From Armatimonadia bacterium (GTDB lineage: Bacteria; Armatimonadota; Zipacnadia; Zipacnadales; UBA11051): a stretch of DNA of 20,410 bases. Below, piece by piece: positions 8,726-16,552 of the stretch; within the stretch, counting starts at the first letter, position 1, and the number at the start of each line of letters is the position of its first letter. Both the position numbers and the translations under genes were made by a program. The stretch spans positions 1 through 20,410 of the forward strand of contig JBDKRC010000274.1 in NCBI GenBank assembly GCA_039683575.1, read 5' to 3'. The notes beneath the pieces are model-generated. The model was not told the origin of the DNA. It saw only the letters and a list, made by a program, of their open reading frames with translations, and did no database searches.

Positions 8726-10078
8726 ATGCATCAATACTTCACCCCCGACGGCGAGTTCTACGTCGGCGATTGCATGCCGTTTTGGCATGACGGCGTCTTC
8801 CATCTGTACTATCTGCTCGACCAGGAGCACCACAAGGCTCGTGGTGGGCTGGGCTGCCACCAGTGGGCCCATGCCGCCACGCGTGACCTCGTACACTGGG
8901 AGCATCATCCCCTCGCGCTGCCCGTCGAGCACGAGTGGGAGGGGTCGATCTGCACCGGGTCGGTCTACTGGCACGAGGGGCTGTACTACGCCTTCTATGC
9001 TACGCGCATGCCAAACTGGGACCAGCACCTGTGCCTGGCGACCAGCGAGGACGGCATCCACTTCGAGAAGGCTCTCAGCAACCCGTTCGCTTCGCCGACA
9101 GCGGGGTACTCGCCGAAGCACTATCGCGACCCGGTGGTCTTCCGCGACGAGAGCACGGGGCTGTTTCACCTGCTGGCCAGCGCGGAACTGGAAGACTACG
9201 CGATCCCGGAACGCGGCGGCTGTCTCGCGCACCTGGTGTCGGCCGACCTGCGGGATTGGAGGCTTGAGGAGCCGTTCCTGATCCCCGGATATATGGGCAT
9301 ACCGGAGTGCCCGGACTATTTTGAGTGGAACGGGTGGTACTACCTGATCTTCAGCAACTATGGGGTGGCGCGGTACCGGAGGTCCCGGAACCCGCTCGGG
9401 CCGTGGGAAGCGCCGCCGGTGGACAGCTTCGATGGCCCGATGTCGCGGGTGATGAAGACGGCGCAGTTCGGCGAGAACCGCCGGATCGGGGCCGCGTTCA
9501 TGCCCTGCGTGGAGGGCGACAGAGACGACGGGGGGATGCTATATGCGGGCAGCGTGGTCTTCCGCGAGATCATCCAGGAGGCCGATGGGACCTTGTGGAG
9601 CGGCTTCGTGCCGGAGATGACGCCGGTGGTGAGTGGCGAGGCGAGGCAGGCCGAACTCGCGAGCATCGAGGGGCTTGAGGTGAGGGCGATGGGCGACTTT
9701 GGGCCTGACGTGCACATCAAGGCGCGTTTCGTGCCGCAGCGCCCGACCGCGGCCTATGGGCTGTGCGTGCGCGGGGAAGGCAACTTCGCCAGCGGCTACC
9801 AGATACGCCTGTCACCGCAGCTTCATTGCGTGGAGATCTGCCGCGCCAATAGCGGGCCTAACCCGGAGCTGTCCCGGCATGCGGTGGTCGGGGTGGACGG
9901 CCTTGAGCAGCCGGTGACGGTGGAGGTTACGTGTCAGGGCGACATCGTTGACGTGTGCGTGAATGGGAGGCATTGCCTGGTGGCGCGGCTGCCGGAGCTG
10001 CGTGGCGGGAGGGTGTCGCTGTTTTGCCAGAATGGAGCGGTGCGGTGTGAGGGGTTGTGGGTGCAGCCACTGGTCTAG
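8726..10078 (+). CDS. Glycoside hydrolase family 32 (beta-fructofuranosidase-like), no signal peptide
   Basis: GDCMPF...FHLYYL, WAHAATRDLVHW, ICTGSV, YRDP and ECPD motifs, plus a C-terminal beta-sandwich. ATG 8726 follows GAGAGGGA. Confidence 0.9.
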   Translation: MHQYFTPDGEFYVGDCMPFWHDGVFHLYYLLDQEHHKARGGLGCHQWAHAATRDLVHWEHHPLALPVEHEWEGSICTGSVYWHEGLYYAFYATRMPNWDQHLCLATSEDGIHFEKALSNPFASPTAGYSPKHYRDPVVFRDESTGLFHLLASAELEDYAIPERGGCLAHLVSADLRDWRLEEPFLIPGYMGIPECPDYFEWNGWYYLIFSNYGVARYRRSRNPLGPWEAPPVDSFDGPMSRVMKTAQFGENRRIGAAFMPCVEGDRDDGGMLYAGSVVFREIIQEADGTLWSGFVPEMTPVVSGEARQAELASIEGLEVRAMGDFGPDVHIKARFVPQRPTAAYGLCVRGEGNFASGYQIRLSPQLHCVEICRANSGPNPELSRHAVVGVDGLEQPVTVEVTCQGDIVDVCVNGRHCLVARLPELRGGRVSLFCQNGAVRCEGLWVQPLV

Positions 10079-10641
10079 CGCAGTTGTTCGTGGCGAAAGC
10101 AGGAGGTCAGGTGGTCGTTGACCATGCCGACGGCTTGCATGAAGGCGTAGCAGATCGTGGGGCCGACGAACTTGAAGCCGCGCTTGAGGAGGGCCTCGCT
10201 CATGGCGGCGGACTCGGGGGTCTGGGCGGGGATTTCGCCGAGAGAGCGGCGGTGGGGTTGGAGTGGCTGGCCGCCGACGAACTGCCACAGGTAGGCGTCG
10301 AAGGAGCCGAATTCCTGCTGAATTGCGACGACGGCGCGGGCGTTGGTGACGGCGGAGTTGATTTTGAGGCGGTTGCGGACGATCCCGGGGTCCTGCAAGA
10401 GTTGGGCTACGCGGGCGCCGTCGAAGGCGGCGACTTTGGCGGGGTCGAAGCCTTCGAAGGCGCGGCGGTAGTTGTCGCGCTTGCGGAGGATGGTTGACCA
10501 ACTGAGGCCGGCCTGCGCGCCCTCGAGGACGAGGAATTCGAAGAGGAGCCGGTCATCGTGGACGGGTACGCCCCATTCTTCGTCGTGGTAGGCGAGCATG
10601 AGGGGGTCTTCGCCGGTCCAGGGGCAGCGGGTTTGGGGCAT
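10075..10641 (-). CDS. tag: DNA-3-methyladenine glycosylase I
   Basis: RCPW, YHDEEWGVP, LEGAQAGLSW, GIVRNRLKI, GFKFVGPTICYAFMQAVGMVNDH...C. The stop overlaps the GH32 stop by 4 nt. Confidence 0.96.
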   Translation of the reverse strand: MPQTRCPWTGEDPLMLAYHDEEWGVPVHDDRLLFEFLVLEGAQAGLSWSTILRKRDNYRRAFEGFDPAKVAAFDGARVAQLLQDPGIVRNRLKINSAVTNARAVVAIQQEFGSFDAYLWQFVGGQPLQPHRRSLGEIPAQTPESAAMSEALLKRGFKFVGPTICYAFMQAVGMVNDHLTSCFRHEQLR

Positions 10642-10642
10642 G

Positions 10643-11302
10643 TCAGTCTGTCCTTCTGGCGACGGTGTGGATGATGGCCGGAAGGGTGTCGGGGACCTCG
10701 GTGGCCACGATCTCGAAGCCGGTTTCACGGAAGAGAGCTTCGAGGGTCTCGGCGGTGAACATGTGGTACTTGAGCTCTCCCGGTGTCCAGGAGCCCGTGG
10801 GGTAGAACCAGTCGGCGTCCGTCTGCTTGCCCCAGACGCGGCGGCAGAAGGGCTCGTAGTGGCCGGAGGCGCTGGTGAGGCCGCCAGGGGCCAGGGCGGC
10901 GCGGCAGTTGGTCAGGAGGGTTAGCTGGTCCCGGCGCTCGGGGATGTTGCCGAGGACCTGCGCCCACATGATGATGGCGTCGAAGGGACCGGGCGGGAGG
11001 TTGAGGCCGTCCACGAGGAGCCATTGGACGGCGACGCCGGCCTCCGCGGCATTGGCGCGGGCGCGGTCGAGGACCGCCTCGGAGATGTCGGCGGCGATGA
11101 CTTCGTAGCCGAGCCTGACCAGGGCAATCGCTTCCCTGCCGGGGCCGCAGCCGAGGTCGAGGAGGCGGCCAGAGGGCGGGAAGTGGCGCTGGACGACGGA
11201 GGCTTCCCAGGGGTGAAGGCCGAGGGGGAGGCGGTCGTGCATCTCCTCGACGACGGGAGGCTGGGAGAAGAGGTCGGCTACTTGTTTGAGGGGGTGGTTC
11301 AT
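10643..11302 (-). CDS. Class I SAM-dependent methyltransferase
   Basis: LLDLGCGPGRE motif I, ADIS, PFDAII, ALAPGG. ATG 11302 lies just after the upstream gene's stop. Confidence 0.9.
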   Translation of the reverse strand: MNHPLKQVADLFSQPPVVEEMHDRLPLGLHPWEASVVQRHFPPSGRLLDLGCGPGREAIALVRLGYEVIAADISEAVLDRARANAAEAGVAVQWLLVDGLNLPPGPFDAIIMWAQVLGNIPERRDQLTLLTNCRAALAPGGLTSASGHYEPFCRRVWGKQTDADWFYPTGSWTPGELKYHMFTAETLEALFRETGFEIVATEVPDTLPAIIHTVARRTD

Positions 11303-11307
11303 GAACG

Positions 11308-11850
11308 CTATTCCGCAGGCAGTTGGTCTTCGTGCTCCAGCGCTTGGCGGCTTGGTGTCGGCCAGAGCTTCATGCCAAGCCAAGCGCCGACCAAAGCTGG
11401 GACAATGGCCAGCAAATAGACCATTCCCAGCAACCGGAATCCTGCTAGAAAGGCCCCGGCAGCTTCGCGGATCTGGCCGTCCAAAAGCGGCTGCTGCACT
11501 TGGTGAGAGGAGGTTGCAAAGGCTTTGGCGGCCCAGAAACCCAGTGAGATCACTGGTATCAGCAGCCGCCACGTGCCGAGCCAGCGCGAGGCGCCAGCGG
11601 TAAGAAGTCCCGCAAGCGGAGCTATAGCTAGTACCGCGAACATTATGGAGAGTTGGGTGGAGAAGGCCTCTGGGACTGCTTCTGGCGCTTTAGAGGCGAA
11701 TATCGCCACCGCAGACGGTCGTATGAACGCTCTCAAAGCCAGAGCAAGCGGCACCGAGCCCAGACCGAATACCACGCTGGCAACGGCAAGTCCGCCGACG
11801 GCGAAGATCGCAATGTCACGCCAGGAACTCAGTTCAGCGCGTTTCTGCAT
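11308..11850 (-). CDS. Hypothetical integral membrane protein (about 4 TM segments)
   Basis: 180-aa ORF with several hydrophobic stretches and a GGGGA RBS; it fills the gap between two co-oriented genes. Confidence 0.7.
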   Translation of the reverse strand: MQKRAELSSWRDIAIFAVGGLAVASVVFGLGSVPLALALRAFIRPSAVAIFASKAPEAVPEAFSTQLSIMFAVLAIAPLAGLLTAGASRWLGTWRLLIPVISLGFWAAKAFATSSHQVQQPLLDGQIREAAGAFLAGFRLLGMVYLLAIVPALVGAWLGMKLWPTPSRQALEHEDQLPAE

Positions 11851-11872
11851 CGCAGGTCCCCCGTGTTTTTAT

Positions 11873-13120
11873 CTACTCCAACTCCCCGACATTCTCCCGC
11901 ACCTTCCGTATCGCTGCCAGCATGAGGTCCGTGTCTTCTTTGCCGCCGAGGAAGAGGGAGTGGCCCATGCTGATGCCCTCTTCGGCCAGGATGCGCTCGG
12001 CTACGGGGGTCTCCACCTTCTCGTAGTCGGGGGCTTCGCAGCTTTGTGGCCAGCAGACCGGGCCGAAGTTGCGGTTGGTGAAGAGGGGGTTCTTCTGGAT
12101 CGGGTGCAGGTGGCCGGAGCCGGTGCTTAGGCCCTCGGCGGCGAGGGCTTCCTGGAAGCGCTGCTTGCTCAGGCCGCCGAAGTTCGCGCTGTCGAACTTG
12201 AAATGGTAGAAGTAGAAGCCCCAGCGGGTGACCTCGGGGCGGCGCTCGATGGGGGCTACGCCGTCGATTTCGCGCAGGCCGGCTTCGAAGTACTTGGCGT
12301 TGGCTTCGCGGCGGAAGGTCTGCTCCAGCAGGCGCTGGCTCTGGCAGTACGCTATCGCTCCCTGCCACTCGGTCATGCGCAGGTTGCTGGCCACGATGTG
12401 GTGCTCGTAGAAGGGGCGGCCGGGGAAGCGGCCGATATGGTGGAAGGCGAACAGCTTGCCCGCGAGGTCAGCGTCGTTGGTGGTCACGAGACCGCCCTCG
12501 CCGCAAGTGAGGGTCTTGCCCATCTGGAGCGAGAAGCTGCCGATGTCGCCCAGGGAGCCGGTGCCCTTGCCCTTCCACTGCGAGCCGTGGGCGTGGGCGC
12601 AGTCTTCGATGACGAACAGGCCATGCTTCTTGGCGATGGCGTTGATGGCGTCCATATCCGCCGGGTAGCCGCCGTAGTGGACCGGAATGATGCCCGCGGT
12701 GCGGGGGGTGATGGCGGCTTCGATGGCCGCGGGGTCGATCTGGTAGTAGTTGGGCTCGATGTCAACGATGATGGGGATGGCGTTGACGAGGATGACGGCG
12801 GTGGCGGTGGCGACGAAGGTCGAGGCCGGGCAGATGACCTCGTCACCGGGCTGGATGCCGATGGCTTTGAGGGCCAGTTCGATGGCCTGGGTGCCGTTGG
12901 TGCAGGCGGTGCCATACTCGCAGTCCTGGAAGCGCGCAAAGAAGCTCTCGAAGCGGCCTACCCAGGAGTCTTCGGGCTTGGCATAGCCGCCGCGCCACCA
13001 GATCTGGGATTCGAGGACTGAGTTGAGGGCCTCGCGCTCGGGGTTGCCGAACTCGGGCCACTTCTTGCCGAGGGGACGATCTATGGTCTTGGGTCCGCCG
13101 TTGATTGCCAGGCTTGCCAT
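11873..13120 (-). CDS. DegT/DnrJ/EryC1/StrS family PLP aminotransferase (BtrR/StsC/RifK-like N-terminus)
   Basis: MASLAINGGPK start, TNGTQAI, PVHYGG, EDCAHAHG, SFSLQMGKTLTCGEGG (Schiff-base Lys), NLRMTEWQ; GGAGG RBS. Confidence 0.95.
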   Translation of the reverse strand: MASLAINGGPKTIDRPLGKKWPEFGNPEREALNSVLESQIWWRGGYAKPEDSWVGRFESFFARFQDCEYGTACTNGTQAIELALKAIGIQPGDEVICPASTFVATATAVILVNAIPIIVDIEPNYYQIDPAAIEAAITPRTAGIIPVHYGGYPADMDAINAIAKKHGLFVIEDCAHAHGSQWKGKGTGSLGDIGSFSLQMGKTLTCGEGGLVTTNDADLAGKLFAFHHIGRFPGRPFYEHHIVASNLRMTEWQGAIAYCQSQRLLEQTFRREANAKYFEAGLREIDGVAPIERRPEVTRWGFYFYHFKFDSANFGGLSKQRFQEALAAEGLSTGSGHLHPIQKNPLFTNRNFGPVCWPQSCEAPDYEKVETPVAERILAEEGISMGHSLFLGGKEDTDLMLAAIRKVRENVGELE

Positions 13121-13162
13121 CTGTCCGTACCTCCGAAGCTTTTCTGACTGTGGTCAGGCCTT

Positions 13163-13203
13163 CTTCGGGTTGCAGGCAGGCACCTCCTGCTGTGACAGCG
13201 AAT
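13163..13203. promoter_or_regulatory. Overlapping divergent pair of the alternative-sigma promoter motif (copies 4 and 5)
   Basis: Plus strand GCAGGC-N16-GCGAAT (13176-13203); minus strand GCAGGA-N16-CCGAAG (13190-13163). Confidence 0.5.
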
Positions 13204-13239
13204 GTGTCTCCATCACTGACGTACCCGGAGGGAAGGGCT

Positions 13240-14868
13240 ATGCGGTCGATTACACTTGCTGCAGTCTGTCTGATAGTGACGAGCTTTGCCTGTGCCGCGC
13301 CGAAGGATATGACCGTGCATGGGCGGGCGCCGGTGGGCGCGTTCGGGGTTAGCACTCTGGAGCAGATAGAGGGCGCGGCGAAGCTCAACATGACGCTGCT
13401 TTACAGCTACAGTTCATCGTACGCCAAGCAACAACTGGACTTGAACGATCCGCTGGGGAAGGCCGTGCAGGCGCATGGCATGATGGTCATGTTCCCACTT
13501 TGCGGGCGTTTCACGCAGGTGCGGCTGGCGAAGGACCTGAGTGCGACGGACACCACCGTGGAGGTGCGGGGCGAGGACCCGAAGTCGGCGCTGGCGTTCC
13601 CTGAAGCGGGGTATCTCGTGATCGAGGGGGAGCGGATCGAGTATACGGGGCGGACGGAGATGGCCTTCACGGGCTGCACCCGCGGCGCAGGCGGGACGAA
13701 AGCGGCGGGACACACGAGCGGCCTGCTCTTGTGTAATTCAGAGGCGCTGCGTAAGGAGATACTGGCGGTCAAGGACTCGCCCAATTTGTGGGGGTACTGG
13801 CTGGTTGATGACAACCGGCCGATGGAGATCGATTCGCTGCGCGAGATGTCGCGGATCATCCGGATGACCGACGTGGACGCGCAGGGGAAGGCTAATACGC
13901 ATATCATCGTCATAGGCATCGGCGCGGCGTCGGCGATGGCGAACTTCGATGCAGGCATTGGCGACGCGCTGGGGGTTTACCCATACCCGTATCACAAGGG
14001 GAAGCTGAACCCTACCACCCGTAAGCAGATGCAGTTCATCATGACCCGCGCGCGGTCGCTGCAGCCCGAGATCGGGCTGATCGGCATCTATCAGGCGTTT
14101 GCTTACGTCGGAAACGTGAACTGGAACGATATGCCGACGCCGGAGCAGGTGCGCGAGGACATGCTGAGCTTCTATGAGTGGGGCGCGGACGGGGTGATGG
14201 CGTTCATTTACCACTGGGAGGGCAAGAACAAGGAGCCGCAGGGCCTCGATGCGTTCCCGCTGGTCGCAGAGATGATCGGGCGGACCGATGCGGAGATTCT
14301 GGCGGGGAAGATAAAGCGGACGGTGCCGCCAGTTCCGAAGATGGAGTGGTTCAGCGTGCTGACGGGGCCGAAGGCGGTACTCACGGCCGGTGGCAAGCCT
14401 GCGTATGACCTCGATGACCCGGCGAAGCTGGAGGCGCTGGTGAAGGGGCGTCCGGACCGGCTGTCGGCGGAGCCGCTGACGGTCGAGGGGCGGAGCTATC
14501 CGCTGAAGGTGAACTTCCCGGCGTGGGACAAGTCCGACCCGAAGAGCGACCAGTGGCCGATTGCGCAGATAGCGAAGGAAGTGTTGGCGACGACGGACTG
14601 GTCGCAGGCGCGGTACCTGGAGCAGCCGATCTACAACCCGAGCGACCACATGATCACCCTGCGGGTGTCGCTGGAGGATACGGACAAGGGGTGGTGGGAG
14701 CGGTCGAGTGTGGAGATTCCGCCGCGGACGCCGGTATTGCTGCGGGTGCCGATGGATGAGGCGCGGCTGAATATCGACCCGGCGAAGATCAGGCGGTGGC
14801 TGTTGTGGGAGGCCGACCCGCTGACGGCCGTGGAGTTCAGGCTGGGGACGCCGAGGCTGGTGCCGTAG
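13240..14868 (+). CDS. Secreted hypothetical protein: probable GH-like TIM barrel with an inserted beta module and a C-terminal CBM-like domain
   Basis: Signal peptide MRSITLAAVCLIVTSFACAA. NLWGYWLVDD, GVYPYPY, IYQAF, PTPEQVR and GADGVMAFIY resemble GH-type barrels. C-terminal TDWSQARYL...IYNPS...IDPAKIRR resembles a CBM-like sandwich. Confidence 0.82.
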   Translation: MRSITLAAVCLIVTSFACAAPKDMTVHGRAPVGAFGVSTLEQIEGAAKLNMTLLYSYSSSYAKQQLDLNDPLGKAVQAHGMMVMFPLCGRFTQVRLAKDLSATDTTVEVRGEDPKSALAFPEAGYLVIEGERIEYTGRTEMAFTGCTRGAGGTKAAGHTSGLLLCNSEALRKEILAVKDSPNLWGYWLVDDNRPMEIDSLREMSRIIRMTDVDAQGKANTHIIVIGIGAASAMANFDAGIGDALGVYPYPYHKGKLNPTTRKQMQFIMTRARSLQPEIGLIGIYQAFAYVGNVNWNDMPTPEQVREDMLSFYEWGADGVMAFIYHWEGKNKEPQGLDAFPLVAEMIGRTDAEILAGKIKRTVPPVPKMEWFSVLTGPKAVLTAGGKPAYDLDDPAKLEALVKGRPDRLSAEPLTVEGRSYPLKVNFPAWDKSDPKSDQWPIAQIAKEVLATTDWSQARYLEQPIYNPSDHMITLRVSLEDTDKGWWERSSVEIPPRTPVLLRVPMDEARLNIDPAKIRRWLLWEADPLTAVEFRLGTPRLVP

Positions 14869-15099
14869 TGGCGGGGGAGCGGAGGGGATGCTTCGCTTCG
14901 CTCAGCATGACAGAAGGTAGTGGTGGGCCCGGGGGCCGGGGGCGGTGGTGTGGGTTCGAACCGGTACGCCGAGGCTGGTGCCGTAGGGGCGGAGGAGCGG
15001 AGGGGATGCTTCGCTTCGCTCAGCATTACAGAAGGTAGTGGTGGGCCCGGGCCCGTGGCCCGGTGCCGGTGGTGTGGGTTCGAGGACGAACCCACCTAC
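14848..15099. repeat. 118-bp tandem duplication containing the gene's 3' end and a TGTCA-type REP arm, ending in a GTAG-type REP
   Basis: ACGCCGAGGCTGGTGCCGTAG at 14848 and 14966; GATGCTTCGCTTCGCTCAGCAT[G/T]ACA at 14887-14912 and 15005-15030; hairpin GTGGGTTCG-AGGA-CGAACCCAC-CTAC at 15074-15099. Confidence 0.88.
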
Positions 15100-15161
15100 G
15101 CGGGGATCGTGGCCGGGCGGGCGGGGACGAAACGATCTGCGCGGACGAGGCGCCGCTTTCC

Positions 15162-15190
15162 TTGTCACGCGGCGGGTTTTGTGCTACATA
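15162..15190 (+). promoter_or_regulatory. Putative sigma70 promoter of the hisC cluster
   Basis: TTGTCA-N17-TACATA with a TG extension; the -10 lacks the final T. Confidence 0.35.
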
Positions 15191-15252
15191 CAGTTAGTGG
15201 ACTGGTGGGAGGCGCACTGGCGGCGCTAACGTGAGTTTTGATGGAGAGAGAA

Positions 15253-16344
15253 ATGGCGAAAGACATTGTTTGTTCCTGCGTACGACGCATCACCCCCTAC
15301 TCCCCCGGGAAGTTCTCCAAGGAAGTCATGGAGGAGTACGGTATCACTGAGGTTGTGAAGCTGGCGTCGAATGAAAATCCACTGGGCCCGTCGCCCAAAG
15401 CCGTCCTGGCGATGCAGAAGGCGTTGCCCGATGTACACATCTATCCCGACCCCGTTTGTCGCGAGTTGACGGCCAAGCTGGCCGCGAAGATGCACGTCTG
15501 CGAGGATAGCATTCTCGTCGGGCGCGGTTCTGACGAGATCATCCACATGGCCGGGCTGGCGTTTCTCAACCCCGGCGAAGAGGTCATCTTCTCCGAGTTC
15601 CCCTTCGCCCTGTACCCGATGACAGCGCACATGTGCAATGCCGTACCGCGCGAGATCCCCGGCAAGGGCTTCGACCATGACCTCGAGGGCATGCTGGACG
15701 CGCTGACCCCGGATACCAAGCTCATTATCATTGGCAATCCCTGCAATCCGACCGGCACCATCGTTCGCAAGGCTCAGGTGGAAGCGTTCATGGAGCGCGT
15801 GCCTGAGGATGTCATTGTGATGTTCGACGAGGCCTACTACGAGTACGCCGACGATCCCGACTACCCCGACTGCCTGGAATATGTGCGGGAGGGGAGGAAC
15901 GTCATGGTCATGCGGACGTTCAGTAAGGTGTACGGGCTCGCAGGGCTGCGGATCGGCTACTGCGCCGCCGGGCCTTGTGTGGCTGAGGGCCTGAAGTACG
16001 TCCGCCCGCCGTTCAATGTCAGCACGCTGGCGCAAGTCGCGGCCATTGCTGCGCTTGACGATGAGGACCACCTGCTCAATTGCCTGGAGCAGGGCCGCGA
16101 GAGCCGCGAGTACTGGTACGGCGAGTTCGACCAAATGGGCTTGACATACGTCCCCACGCAGGCGAACTTCGTGCTGGTGGACGTGAAGAAGGACTGCCGC
16201 GAGGTGGCTGACGGGCTGATGCGGCGCGGCTTCACGATCCGCACGGGCGACATCTGGGGCCTGAAGACGTCCATCAGGGTGTCCTATGGCACCATGGAGC
16301 AGAACCGGCGGTTCATCGCCGCACTGAAGGAAGTCCTGGCCTGA
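15253..16344 (+). CDS. hisC: Histidinol-phosphate / aromatic aminotransferase
   Basis: KLASNENPLGPSP, GRGSDEII, NPCNPTG, DEAYYEY, RTFSKVYGLAGLRIGY; GGAGAG RBS before ATG 15253. Confidence 0.95.
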   Translation: MAKDIVCSCVRRITPYSPGKFSKEVMEEYGITEVVKLASNENPLGPSPKAVLAMQKALPDVHIYPDPVCRELTAKLAAKMHVCEDSILVGRGSDEIIHMAGLAFLNPGEEVIFSEFPFALYPMTAHMCNAVPREIPGKGFDHDLEGMLDALTPDTKLIIIGNPCNPTGTIVRKAQVEAFMERVPEDVIVMFDEAYYEYADDPDYPDCLEYVREGRNVMVMRTFSKVYGLAGLRIGYCAAGPCVAEGLKYVRPPFNVSTLAQVAAIAALDDEDHLLNCLEQGRESREYWYGEFDQMGLTYVPTQANFVLVDVKKDCREVADGLMRRGFTIRTGDIWGLKTSIRVSYGTMEQNRRFIAALKEVLA

Positions 16345-16371
16345 CTGGCCTGACCTAACAAGCCTTACCAC

Positions 16372-16448
16372 AGGGTCGTCCCGGAGGGGGCGGCACCTTT
16401 CGATCGGTGTTTTGCGCACCGGACGTACCCGCTTCCTGGAGGAGGCGG
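16372..16448 (+). promoter_or_regulatory. Three consecutive stem-loops in the hisC-aroF intergenic region (possible cis-regulatory leader or terminator)
   Basis: GTCGTCCC/GGGGCGGC (16375-16394), CGGTGT/GCACCG (16405-16421), CCGCTTCC/GGAGGCGG (16429-16448). Confidence 0.35.
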
Positions 16449-16552
16449 TCAAATGCTGAAGCACATTGGCAGCCGAATCGTGATCTCTCGTACAGATGGC
16501 GCCGCACGAGAGGCCAGACTGCAATGCCATGTGCTGCGGAGTGAAGTGCTAG

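Noticed and set aside
14949..14965. tRNA T-arm-like GTGGGTTCGAA (tRNA fragment or att site)
   Set aside because: No complementary T-stem, cloverleaf or integrase. It is explained as the truncated half of the REP hairpin at 15074-15099.
16336..16353. 9-bp direct repeat CTGGCCTGA x2 at the hisC stop (possible target-site duplication scar)
   Set aside because: No element or terminal repeats are associated; too short to distinguish from slippage or chance.
15226..16530. 434-aa minus-strand ORF, and other long antisense ORFs (1281-2438, 5210-6097, 12203-13021, 13738-14649)
   Set aside because: Shadow frames of well-supported genes in high-GC DNA, with no recognisable motifs.
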